DNA of 64,000 bases. Origin: Octopus vulgaris. Taxonomy: Eukaryota. Position 1 is the stretch's first letter. Every line of letters starts with the position of its first letter. The notes under the pieces are model-generated. The model saw only the letters and a list, made by a program, of their open reading frames with translations. It was not told where the DNA came from and made no database searches. Positions 11,527 through 24,569 of the stretch are shown here, one piece after another. The position numbers were made by a program, and so were the translations under genes. The DNA lies in assembly GCA_951406725.2 (NCBI GenBank), contig OX597817.1, forward strand, positions 135,160,001-135,224,000, read 5' to 3'.

Positions 11527-12428
11527 AAGTTATATCTTGATACCGCTAGTGATAACAATACTCAAAATATATAACAGACTGGAATTGTAGGCCCGTCTCT
11601 TGCAATTTCGATCAATTGGATCTTGTCGTCCCTCTTGTATAGAAGTGTACGGCTGCAGCGAAATTCATTTTTGGACTTTCTTCTATCGAAGTCATTTTAA
11701 CAAAAATGCTTCCGTAAAGACGGTGAAAATATTGTCAATTTCCCCAAACAGGGATACAATTCAATTTTTAAACAATAACCAAAGCCCCTTCTCCGAAACG
11801 GGGAGGGTTACGGTTTACAATTATTTAACAAATGCAACACAACAACGTTTCCCTGACGAGGAACCAACAAATGTGATTACAATAGTCAAACAGTAGTAAT
11901 AATAACAACAAACCTTTTTAATTTATCCCCATTTATGTGAAACCACTTATTCAAGTTCAAGTCATTGATGCAATTTTATACGAACTGCTAATACACACAC
12001 ACACACACACACACATAATAAGGTGAAAAATTGAATATTAATTTGATTAATATGAATTGAAAACCAGTGGTGTAGCATATAAGACCATAGCGGATCTTCT
12101 TCTAGCAAAATGGATAACCACTATTAATGGTTCATACCTGTTATATAATACTTTCACTTTATAGTTTCAGTATTAAAGTGAATGTCAGCATTACAATAGA
12201 GAGCTGTTTTTGTTTCACTTTTAACACGTAATACTGAAATAGTGGAGAAGATATGATATTGCTGTGGGGTCACCCTAGGGAAAAAGTTAAAATTTTGTTT
12301 TTGCCGATGACACTCCCCGGACCTTAAGTAAGGCATGTGTAAAATTTGAATGAAATTGGTTGTGTAGTTCTCAAGTTTTAGGGAAACACACAGACAGACA
12401 CACATTCTCAGTTTTATATATAGAGAGA
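11527..12428 (-). mobile_element. Non-autonomous Helitron copy 2 (3' end missing)
   Basis: Shares the 5' block (12210-12425 vs 6135-6380) and internal blocks (aagttatatcttgata..ctggaattgt; cacttattcaagttcaa..cattgatgcaattt) with 5631-6386. Confidence 0.72.
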
Positions 12429-12667
12429 TATTCTCTAATGACATAATGTATTTATGATTCAATGTATGGAAACAAACGTACATATTTGTACCCATATGAA
12501 CGCAGACAAGCATGTACATACACATACATATCCACATACAAACGTATATTCAGAAACGCACACATTCCCGAGCACCCACACTCATACATGATATGTATGT
12601 ATATTTAGAAGTTGAATCCGATGAAAACGTAATCCATACAAGAAGTTGAGTACATCTGACCGTACGA

Positions 12668-12857
12668 GTGTGTGTATGTGTATGTGCTTGTGTCTGTCTA
12701 TACATAGATGTATATATGTATGTATGTATAAGTATGTGTGCGTATGTGTGTGTGCGTGTGTGTGTACGTATGTGTGTATACATATATACATATACATATA
12801 TATATATGTGTATATATATATGTATATATATATCTATAAATATATATACATATATAC

Positions 12858-12890
<33 letters not shown>

Positions 12891-13193
12891 TATGTGTGTG
12901 TACATATATGTATATATAAGTGTATGTATATATATATGTATATATATATGTGTGTGTGTATATTTATATATGTATATATATGAGTGTATATATATATATA
13001 TATATATCTGTGTATATATATATGTGTGTGTATATATATATGTATATATATATATATGTATATGGATATGTGTATATATATATATGTATATATGTTTATA
13101 TATACATATATATATATATGTGTGTGTGTATATATATATATATATTTGCGTGTGTGTGTGTATATATATATATGTGTGTGTGTGTATATATGC

Positions 13194-13232
<39 letters not shown>

Positions 13233-13350
13233 AACACTCACATATAATGTCTGTATATGTATACATTATAATACCAGAGACATGCAGCCACACACACACA
13301 CACACACATTGTCTGTTTATGTCTGTATATATATATATATATATATATAA
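12668..13350. repeat. Compound (TA)/(TG)/(CA) microsatellite field
   Basis: Low-complexity dinucleotide mosaic. It explains all the YI/CV-rich ORFs here. Confidence 0.95.
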
Positions 13351-13867
13351 TGATGTAGACACCCGCACACACCTGTGTACAGGATTAGTTCCCCGTCCAA
13401 CCCCGTCGTGGCCTACGGAATATAACATCATTTGAATTGAGTATTCGGTTCTTTCGCCAATAACTAGTATTGGAAATGACAAGTATCGGAATATTGATAG
13501 GATCACGACAACGACGACGGCGGCGGCGTCTGTTGTAATGCCTGGGGGACCAATCAAACAAGAGAACTACCTTTGGTCGGGGACTTGAAGAGTGGTTCCA
13601 CTATACAATTGTGTCGAAGAATTATCAATGATTATCGCAGTGCAACGTCACAACTTTAGAGATGGCCAATCGATAAAGGTTGGAATATAACTTGGTGGCG
13701 TGGGGTTTGTCGGTTGTGTGTATGTACGTATATATATATGTTTATATGTATGCATGTATGTACCAATCTATCAGCCTGTCTGCCTGTCTATTTATCTATC
13801 TGTCTATCTGTCTTATCTTTATATTTGTCTCTTTGTATGTCTGTCTGTATATCTGTCTGTCAATCTA

Positions 13868-13903
<36 letters not shown>

Positions 13904-14435
13904 GTTATCTATCTCTATCTATCTTCATCAAACTAGAAAGCTTTCTCTTTCTTCATTCTATGTCGGCTTCTGCTGTACACATCCCCTGATAAACAGGATC
14001 ACTAGATAAATTCCTCTCTCTACCTTTCTTCAGCCCTATTATACCTTCCTTTCAGATAGTCTACTAAACGCTGTTCGCAATCCATTCTTCCAAGGCCATC
14101 AGTTGTCAGGGATCGTGTATCATGCCTGCAAAAAAATCATTTCTTCAAATATTATTATCTGAATGGAATTGGTTCTCAGATATCCCACCACAAGTTGTGA
14201 CATACACTCTGCCAGCCTTCCACATAAACATTTAGCTTTGAAGTATACAAAAGCCCTTGGTCACCTTCAAATATTCCTCATCAAGAAATATATATTCACT
14301 CAGGATCTTCCTAGAATATTTTTATAAATTAAGAAATAGTGGAATTGAAAATATTCAGAGCATTCCCCATTCTCTCACGAGACAAAAAGCTGTAATGACA
14401 ACTTGTTGATGATTAGGTCCGATATTTTGTTTAAC

Positions 14436-15331
14436 TGCCGCCATCGGCCTAGTCGGCCTTTTAACGGGTGTTGACAGCAAAATGGATCGCCTGAACATCG
14501 GGACGCATCCTTTCCACAAGAAGCGAAAGAGAATGCGTTCTAGTTTGGTGATGGTAGGATCGGGACAAGGCACGACGGTCAGGCGGTAGTAGATGACGGA
14601 CACGATGTACGAGTTCGCCACCTCCGCCCGACCTTTTAGTGACAGTTTCCTCTCGGCCCATTGCCGGGCGAGAGTGACCATCCTACTCGTTATCTCGTTC
14701 CAGTTCTTCTCCATTTGGAGGTCCGGACCAAACCAGACCCCGAGCATCTCGACCCGACCGTCGGTCCAGCGTCCCACGACGGAGGCGCTGGTGGACGGCA
14801 TGGGCTTGCTTCTCCAGGTGCTGAGCCAAAAGCCCACTGATTTTTACCGGTTGATTTTCGCTCCTGTCACCGCTTCGTAGTCTTTATGCAAACACGCTCG
14901 TCCCGCGTCCCAATTCTCGCGGGATGCCCCACAGAGTTGCCAGCTTCCGCAATAATGGCTCGAGAGTCAATACGTAGAGAAGCGACGAGAGGGGGCATCC
15001 CTGACGGACCGAATATGCAATGTCGAATGGTCTCGATACATGTCCATTTACGCGAATTACCGAACGGATACCTCTGTACAAAGCGGCTATCCAGCCGCGA
15101 AAGACGGGACCGAAACCAGCCACCCTGAGGACAGCCTCAAAGTATCGATGGTCTACCCTATCGAAAGCTTTCGATTGATCTAAAGTGATCAGCACCCCAC
15201 CCATACCAGGTTCCTTAATTGCCCTGTCTATGATGTAGCGCATCAGATGGATGTTGTCATGGATGCTCCGGCCCGGCCCGGCACGGCGCACGTTTGCGCC
15301 TTGTCGACCAGTTCCTCGATGACAAGCGCCG
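14436..15331 (-). mobile_element. L1/Tx1-clade LINE RT fragment
   Basis: GRSIHDNI, LDQSKAFDRVDH, GFGP.F..WI, VRQGCPLS.LLY, LGVWFG, LSLKGRA. The YADD region is deleted. GC-rich relative to its surroundings. Confidence 0.88.
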
Positions 15332-15339
15332 TAGGTAGG

Positions 15340-15418
<79 letters not shown>

Positions 15419-15772
15419 GTAGGTAGGTAGGTAGGTAGGTAGGTAGGTAGGTAGGTAGGTAGGTAGGTAGGTAGGTGGATGGATGGATGGATGGATGAAT
15501 GAATGGATAGATAGATAGACAAATATTTTTTTCTCTTCATTTTCATGTACTTCTATATTTTCTCCTGTAACCACATCCTGTTCTGTTGAAGTGCCTATTG
15601 CCTATTTCCTCAATGATCCACTGCGTCAAGGGTGGGAAGGTCGAAAGGGTACCTATGTCTGCACGCGACTACACAGGCACCCAAAACTGATATGTGAAAG
15701 AGTGATGCAACTTAGCACAAACTACAACAAAAGTGATGGCTCAATGAGCGTATGTGTACATACATACATACA

Positions 15773-15818
<46 letters not shown>

Positions 15819-16105
15819 CATATATGTAAATGTGTATGTATATATATATAAGGTTGTACGTCTGTGCATCCATACATGTGTGTGTGTGTAAATATGTATA
15901 TTATATACATACTTACTTGCGTGTATATGTATATATAAGTATGTATCTATGCATCTATGTATGTATGTATGCATCTATGTCTGTGTGTATACACACCCAT
16001 ACACACGGGCTTCAGATAGAGCGCATTGGTCGTATTGAAACATCAACTGTCAGTAAACTATACTTCGTTACTCACAGCATACAATTAAACACACGTATAA
16101 ATGTA

Positions 16106-16142
<37 letters not shown>

Positions 16143-16525
16143 TCGTGTGTATGTGTATAAATGTGCGCATGTGTACGTATATACATTCATGTATGTATAC
16201 ATATGTATATATATATATATTTCCATTTATATGTCTAAATATATTTATGTGTGTACATACACACACACACACACGCATACACACACGCACAGAGTGAGTC
16301 TAGAGATTCTACTTATAAGAGCTCAATGGTGAAAGGAATTATCGATATTCACTGAAGAAGAATCTTCTCTCCGTTTTTTTCAGCGATCAACGGTGACAAC
16401 GGTGTCAATGTGCCAATGTCCACATTCACTTCTATGTAGAGCTATGCGCGTGCATGTGTGGTGTATGTGTATGTATGTGTGAGCGTGCGCATGCGTATAG
16501 AAGTACATACTTATACATACATACG

Positions 16526-16556
<31 letters not shown>

Positions 16557-16565
16557 GTGTATATG

Positions 16566-16617
<52 letters not shown>

Positions 16618-16699
16618 CACGATATACCGATTTTTAAAAGTTGCCAGATCTTTCGTCTACAAACTTTGTAAGGAGCTAGAGACTGAAAATGGAAATTTG

Positions 16700-17640
16700 A
16701 CACCAGTATCAACGCATAAAAAGCTTTCGAAACACTCTGAAATCCTCAGAACACTTGCATTTATCCATCTAGTTTAACAGACCATTGATTACAATCCCAG
16801 AAAGTCCATGAAGTCAACTGCGAAAGATCTCCATGTGTCAGAAGGAACAGTCAGAATGTTGTCTACGAAGACATCAGATATAAGCCTTATATGATAAGGA
16901 AAGGTTAATTTGTCAGAAAAAGCAAAAGAAAATCATTACATCAAATCCAAAAGGCTCTTAAACTGAAAAATGCAGCAGAAGTTTTGATTTGGTTTTTCTC
17001 AAACGAGGAAAACTTATGAAAAGGTTAACAGAAGAAATGAGAGATGGTTATGTGCCAATCCTTCTGAAGTCCAAAGTTTTATGCTTTCAAACTTTCCGGC
17101 AACTGTCATGGTGTTAGGGGTTGTCAGTAAAGAAGGATATGTGATGCTTCTTTTCCACAAGGCCTTAGAGTTAACTCTGCTGCCTACATTGAGGTCCTGG
17201 TAATAATTGTTAAGCCCTGGATAGACAGTGTATGCAATGGAAGGCCATATGTGTTTCCGTATGACTGTAGTAACACAAGAATGGATGTCTGAAAATTTTC
17301 ATGATCACATAATCCCTAACATTTGGCCTCCTAATTGCCCAGATCTCAGTCTATTGGACTATTACACGAGGAGCGTTGTTGTGAGAGAGGTCAATGAAAG
17401 CTGCCATAGTCAGAGTAATGTCCAAAATAAACCAGGACCTCTCCATTCGAGCATATAGATGATTTAGATCTCATGTAGAAGCAGTTATTGAAGCTGAAGG
17501 TGGCTTTATTGAATAACGTTATAGGAAAGGTTTATTTTTATCGCCATAGCATTTTTTTTATCAATAAAATTATTACCTTTATTATGTATCTGTGTTTTTA
17601 TAAACATAAACCTGTCCCCAAATATCTTACGCACCCCGTA
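16700..17640 (+). mobile_element. maT (DD37D-like) transposon remnant
   Basis: EDIRYK, FFSNEE, NRRNERW, FPATVMVLGVVSKEG, VKPWI, WPPNCPDLSLLDYY. Right end ...ttacgcaccccg|ta. Confidence 0.82.
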
Positions 17641-17644
17641 TATG

Positions 17645-18890
17645 TAGAGTGCGGTGAAGTGACTAAATTGTCGTCTAAATTATGCAAAAATGAAAATAAC
17701 ACTGATAACTCATTTTAACAGATATATTTACCAAAATTGCATAAAAATATCTTGAAATATAAAGAATAAATTTATTCAATAAAATCGCCATTGGCTTAAA
17801 ACACGGCCTCCAGACGACTTCGGAATCTCCTGCAGCTCATGTTGACGGTGTCCTTGTTTAAGTTTGCGAATGCTGTCACAATCCTTGCCTCCAGTTCATC
17901 TTTGGTGTTACAAGGAGTTTTGATGGTCAAAAGCTCAACTGCACCCCACACATAATAATCAAGGGGGTTGCAGTCTGGGGACTTGGGTGGTCAGATGCTA
18001 GGGGTGATGTGGTCGCAGACATTTCTCCGACAGCTATGACTTGGTTCTCCTGCTTGTGTGACATAGTGCAGAGTTCTTTTGCCAGACATGTGGTCTTCCA
18101 GCAGCCAACCTCTTGACGTAGGGCAGCACTACTTCCTCCAGGCACTTGACGTAGGCCTCCGTGTTGAGTCTGAGATCGTGTGAGAAGATGAACCAAAGCA
18201 TGACGTCGCCATCACTAGTGATCACTCCAAACACCGTGATGTTGAATGGATGTTTGATTTTTATCACTCTCACTACATGGGGTGGGGGGACACGGCAAGC
18301 CAACGTTTGTTTTTTATGCGTTCACCATGTGATCCTGGCAGAAAATTTTTCTCGTCTGAGAAAAACCAAAGCTTGTTTGGTTGGAGGGGATGCCTGAGTT
18401 TGTTCGAAAGCTTCGTAGTGCAGTCTTTCCTCTTGTCCTTGATGGCTTGACATAAAAATTTGGCCCCTTCTCATCTTGTATGAGGAATACCGAATGTCTT
18501 CATACTCTACTTCAGACACTCCATGTCCCTGGCAATGGACCTGCTTGACTTGGAGGGATCGTTGTGGATCATGGCCTGGATCTCACAAACAAATTCAGTT
18601 CTTTCTTTATCAGAATGATGAGAGTGAGTTTTCCGAGCTGCCATACCTCCGTAATCACCATTAGACTCATCCAACTCTTTCCGAATCCCCTGCACTGTCC
18701 TCAGATTGACACCCAAACACTCAGAAATGTTGTAGCTTCCGGAGCGAATGCAGCATGCTGTCAGTACAGCATGTCGTTTCCAAATTTCTGGCAGAGTGAA
18801 TTACGTTATGATGCTGTTTTCTCACAGACGGTTCCCAACTGACCCTACTATACTGTGTAATCGACAAAATCAAAAACAAACCATGCCCAT
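17645..18890 (-). mobile_element. maT (DD37D-like) transposon remnant
   Basis: EDIRYSSYKMRRGQ, KHP...VFGVITSDGDVM, GRPHVWQKNSALCH, PPKSPDCNPLDYYVWG in broken frames. Confidence 0.85.
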
Positions 18891-18894
18891 GCCC

Positions 18895-20080
18895 AAAAGT
18901 TCTGCCTGTTTTGGACAGACTACTGTTTGTTTCATTTCTTGCAACCATTCAGCATCCTTCTTGTTCTTGTCTTTGCCCCAGATGTCACTCCAAAACCTTT
19001 GACTGTCAATGTTATCTGGTATCAACTTTTCATCTGTGCACTCTCCATTTATTTCTTTATACAATCTCTTCTGATCTGCTCTGAATAACCTATTCTGGTG
19101 GTAACCCTTCATTCTTTGTCGTATCTTATCATCATTGCTTTCTTTGCAACGAGGCGCTGTTTCAGTTCCTCCACTACTATTTTCAGGCCCTTTCTTTCAA
19201 TATTATACTTCCTTTTCAGCGCCCTGTATTTTTGTTCCCTTTTAATCTCCCCTTTGTCTTTTCGGTCTAACACAGAGATTTCCTTCGAGAGCATGTCTAA
19301 CTCTGCTTGGATTCTTCTTTTCTACAATGGATCTTTTCTTTTGTCACTCCCATTCTTTTTCTTGACATCGACACCCACATTTTCTGCTACAACAATACTT
19401 GCTGCCTTGATCAATTTTTTTGTTTTTGTGATGTTGTTTGTTCTGATGTATTTCAGAATTTCATTGACGTTTTTCGTTTCTTGGTTCAATTTTCATCGAT
19501 CAACCTTTTTAAGGTTGCAAATAATGAGGCTATCGTTCTCCTGTAGTCTTACCTTTATTCTGTCGTAGATTGCCTTTTCTTCATCTGTCATGTCACCATT
19601 AGTTTTATTGTCTTCTCTTAGATCATCTATATGTCTCTCATCAAGTAAACTACCACTGCCCCTTTCCTGTGCTATGGGATTACACTTATTAGTAAGAACT
19701 GTATGTTGATTGTTATCTCTGCTGTTATTTTCTATGACCCGTCTTTTGAAAGCTTCGAGCTCTACTTCTGTGAGCCAACAAGCTTTCCTTATTGCTCTAG
19801 CTTGATCACAGTCTCTGTTCCGTGACTTGAAATTTGAGCACCATTTTCATCTACCGGGCTGCTCGAGTAGTAACACTCCATGACCACAGGATTAATTTAC
19901 TTGGTCCATCTATGCTGTGTGTGGTGGTCCCTTTCTAGATATCGACAGGCTGGAGCCGGACCAGAATCTCTGAGCCAACCGGGTGTACCACTGTCACCAT
20001 CATTGGCTTCCGTTGCATTCCCACCATTATTCACAATATTTTGTTTTTTCATTGTCACTCATATAAGGTAGCGATTATCA
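18895..20080 (-). mobile_element. Dong/R4-like RLE LINE, 5' portion, decayed
   Basis: VMECYYSS, CDQARAIRK..WLTEVELE, EELKQRL.AK, QNRLF.ADQKRLY, FWSDIWG, AEWL. These are N-terminal motifs of this LINE group. Confidence 0.75.
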
Positions 20081-20377
20081 GGTTGCGCAATTACCAGTAT
20101 TTTTATTGTAACACTATCACTAACTGTATCATTAATCAGCTCATGAGGAGGAGGAGGCTCCACCTGTTTCCTTTCATTATTATTATTATCATCACTGATA
20201 TCATTGCTATTATTGTTTTTGTTTGTAGTAGCAGCAGTGGTTTCAGCAACAGCAACAGTAGCAGGGGTGGGGTAATGGGAAGGGTGGCAGTTGGACCTCA
20301 GATTCCTGTGCTATCATAATAGTAGTAGCTGTAGTATTATTGTAGTATTAGTAGTATTTAGTATCAACAGCTGCAGC

Positions 20378-20630
<253 letters not shown>

Positions 20631-20898
20631 TGCCAGTAAACGTGTGGTATGTTTGAGGTTTGTTCGTCCTGTTTATTTACTTCACATGGACGTAAAATCA
20701 TAGCACTGGTTACCTGTTAGGTTGTTGTGCACTCTCGTATCTCGTTTAGCTGAACTAATATTGTACTAATTTTATCTCTGTATGCATATCTACTGTATAC
20801 AAACACACAACACAAACATCCCCCACACACATAAACATATATATGTGTGGGTGTATGTGTGTATCTATAAATGTAAGTTAATATATGTGTAAATGTGA

Positions 20899-20952
<54 letters not shown>

Positions 20953-20958
20953 GTTTAT

Positions 20959-20999
<41 letters not shown>

Positions 21000-21097
21000 G
21001 AGAGAGAGTGTGTGTATCTATGTACGTAATCATAATGCATACATATATATGAGTGTGTGTACGTATTCACGTATTTATATATGTGTATAGATGTGTT

Positions 21098-21182
<85 letters not shown>

Positions 21183-21857
21183 TAATATATATATATATAT
21201 ATACATTTATGTATATATGTATGTATGTATGTATATATAATTATACATATATGCATACATGCGTGCGTGTGTGTGTTTGCGTGGCGTCGGGTACGAGCGA
21301 CTTAGCGTGCGACTTGGCTGAGCACTGATTGTCGATATGTGTGAGTTCGTTAATTGCCCGGATGGCTTTACGTCATAACTTCACACACTTTCGGCCGCGT
21401 CTCACTTCACACAACAAAATATTGATGAATACATAAAAATCATTCGTCTTTGATGACATTTACAATATGCAGCATAACGACACGAAACTGGTCCGCATAG
21501 AGCCGACAGTAATATAGATTTTGTTCTTTAATCGGCGAGCACGAGGCAAATAATTACACAGAGTAATGAGTATTGTCGCATCAAGCAACACGGAGTAACC
21601 CGGGTACTTTCTTTTATCCACTGTAAATGGTTAAAAAATTACAATCTTGTTAAGATTGGAATTATGGAGGGATATCAACGAAATATCAAACTGGAAAGTA
21701 TTAAGCACGGTGTTTAGTTAGTTTATATGTCCGCATTACTTTGAGGTTCATGGAGATTATATTTTGTATCTGAACAGCGTAAGACACAAATGGCATTTAC
21801 TATTTAATATATATATGTATATATATATTCTTTTGTTCTTTCATTATTTTATTCTTT

Positions 21858-22010
21858 TATTTGTTTCAGTCATGTGACTGCGGCCATGCTGGAGCACCAC
21901 CTTTAGTCAAACAAATAGACCCTCATGACTTGTTGTTTGTTAGCCTAGTACTTATTCTATCGTTTTCTTTTGCCGAAGCGCTAAGTTACGGGAACGTAAA
22001 TACACCAACC
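21858..22010 (-). mobile_element. SINE family B 3' half
   Basis: gtttcagtcatgtgactgcggccatgctggagcacc...agcctagtacttattct...gctaagttacgggaacgtaaatacacc. Confidence 0.82.
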
Positions 22011-22249
22011 TCTTCAAGGTTGGAAGAAGCAACGACAATTTAAAAAAGAAAATGAATAAGTAAATGAGTGGAAATCGAACCGATGAGTGTGTTATTTAAT
22101 AAGGCATTAAAATAGAATAACTCTCCCCAGACACAACAAAATATGCTTCAACACACGAATTCCGAATTCGCTTAAAGAATCTTGCAAACCAAATACAAAA
22201 ACGAAGTATACACATACGTGTATATATATAATAAGAAGAAGAAGAATAA

Positions 22250-22326
<77 letters not shown>

Positions 22327-22347
22327 GTAATAATAATAATAATAATA

Positions 22348-24512
22348 AGGCATTTATTATTATCAAGGCATTTACTGCAGTGATATCGCAAAGGCTGAAC
22401 AAGCACCTGGACGAAAACAAACTGTTCCCAGAAGAGCAGAAAGGATACCGCAAAGGCTCATATGGCTGTAAAGATCAACTAATGATTAATAAAGCCGTAA
22501 CTGAAGACAGCCACAGAAAGAAGAAAGGCCTCAGTATGGCCTGGATTGACTACAAAAAGGCTTTTGATAGCATCCCCCACACATGGATCCTCGAAACACT
22601 AGCCATTAACAAAGTAGCACCAACAATCATAAAATTCATAGAGCACTCTATGAATAAATGGCAAACAGTCCTACACCTCCAAACAAAAGAGGGACTCATG
22701 AAAACCAAAGACATCCCCATTAGGAGAGGAATATTCCAGGGAGACACGCTCTCTCCACTCCTTTTCTGCTTGGCACTGTCACCTCTATCTGATATGCTAA
22801 ATAGAACTGGATGCGGATATAAATGTTACGGCAAAACGATCAGCCACCTTTTATATATGGATGACCTAAAACTATACGCTGCAAATGACAAACAGCTGGA
22901 AACACTATTAAAGACAGTTCATGGATTTACCAAAGAAATAGATATGAAATTTGGATTAGAAAAATGCGCCAAAGTAACCATAAAAAGAGGAAAACTAGTT
23001 AAGAGTAACAACATCACACTAGATAAAACCAATGAAATAAAAGAATTAGACCAAAGCCAAACTTACAAATACTTAGGAATCCATGAACTAGATAAGACAC
23101 AACACACACAAATGAAAGAGAAAATAAAAAAAGAATATTATAGACGAGTTAGATCAATACTAAACACAGAGCTCAATGCTAAAAACAAGATAATAGGTAT
23201 CAACACTTTAGCCGTCCCAGTTATAAGTTACAGCTACAATATCCTTAACTGGACACGAAATGAACTGTCCAAAATAGATAGGAAAACAAGAAAAATAATG
23301 ACAGGATCTAGGATGCATCACCCAAAATCTGACATAGAAAGACTATATATACAACGTATAGAAGGTGGTAGAGGCCTTATACAGCTGGAAAACTACTATA
23401 AAATAACCACCATAGGACTGCAAAAATATCTACTTCAGAAGGAAGGAAAACTGATCCAGATAGCAGCAAAACACGAGCAAAACAAAAAACTGTTCTCAGT
23501 ATTTAAGGAAGCTGACAAATACAAACAAGAAATCATACCACCTAATAAACATGAAGAAGAAGAAGAAGATGATGAAGAAACAACAAAAGCTATAACACAA
23601 ATGAAATCCAAACTAAAAATAGAACAGCAACGAACCATGATAAAACGATGGCAAGAAAAGCCCCTTCATGGTAAATACTGCACTAAACTAAACGCAAAAG
23701 AAATAGACAAAGAAAAATCCCAGCAATGGTTGAGAAGCTCAGGACTCAAAGCAGAAACAGAGGGATTTTTAATTGCAGCACAAGACCAAAGCCTCCCCAC
23801 CAGAAATTGTCAAAAACATGTAATGAAAAGAAATATTACAAGTAACTGCAGAATATGTGGAGATGGACAAGAAACAATAAATCATATTATCTCTAGCTGC
23901 CCAGTCCTGGCTAAGAAGGAATATATTCACAGACATGACAGAGTTGGAACCTACATACATTGGAAGCTATGCCAACATTATGGAATAACAACAGAAAAAA
24001 GATGGTATAGGCACACACCAGAAAAGGTCACAGAAAACGAGAAAGCAACCATACTCTGGGATATGCCGATACACACAGATAGAGAAATTAAGGCCAACAG
24101 ACCAGATATAGTTGTCAGAGATCATGAAGAAAAAAATGCTTTCTAATTGATGTATCAATACCGGCTGATGACAACGTGTCTCTAAAAGAAATGGAGAAAC
24201 TCTCAAAATACAAAGACCTGGAAATAGAGGTAACTAGAATGTGGAATCTGAAAACAGAAACAATTCCTATCATAGTAGGTGCATTAGGCATGATAAAAAA
24301 ATATTCAGATAAATACATAACAAAAACACCAGGACTTACAAACACATATAACATACAGAAAATTGCACTACTAGGCACTGCACACATCCTACGCAGAACA
24401 CTTTCCATACAATAACCATCAGAGCATCACAACAAATCACAGCACATACCCAAGGCACACAGAGCTGCGCTCGGTAGTGAAGTGAAAGCACGCTATAAAA
24501 ATAAAACTACTG
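22348..24512 (+). mobile_element. Dong/R4-like RLE non-LTR retrotransposon, 5'-truncated, inserted in (TAA)n
   Basis: RT + CCHC + RLE ORF and a 97-nt 3' UTR ending ataaaactactg, with (AAT)n on both sides. Confidence 0.95.
22374..24415 (+). pseudogene. RT-CCHC-restriction-like endonuclease ORF, 5'-truncated, one frameshift in the A-run at ~24129-24137
   Basis: EEQKG, AWIDYKKAFDSIPH, GIFQGDTLSPLLF, HLLYMDDLKL, GGRGL, CRIC..ETINHIISSC, RHD, NRPDIV, then IDVSIP..KLSKYKDL in the next frame. Confidence 0.93.
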
Positions 24513-24569
24513 AATAATAATAATAATATAAATAATATATATTTGCATATACACATATATATATATACG

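Noticed and set aside
12646-13435. Long ORFs rich in YI/CV/HT, LSIY, poly-I/L/H (here and throughout the window)
   Set aside because: They are translations of TA, TG, GATA, TAA and GAT microsatellites, not genes.
13990-14420. Possible LINE 3' remnant
   Set aside because: Only vague resemblance, with no diagnostic motif in frame.
22182-22373. N-terminal poly-Asn of the 654-aa ORF
   Set aside because: It is the (AAT)n target array read in frame, not part of the element protein.
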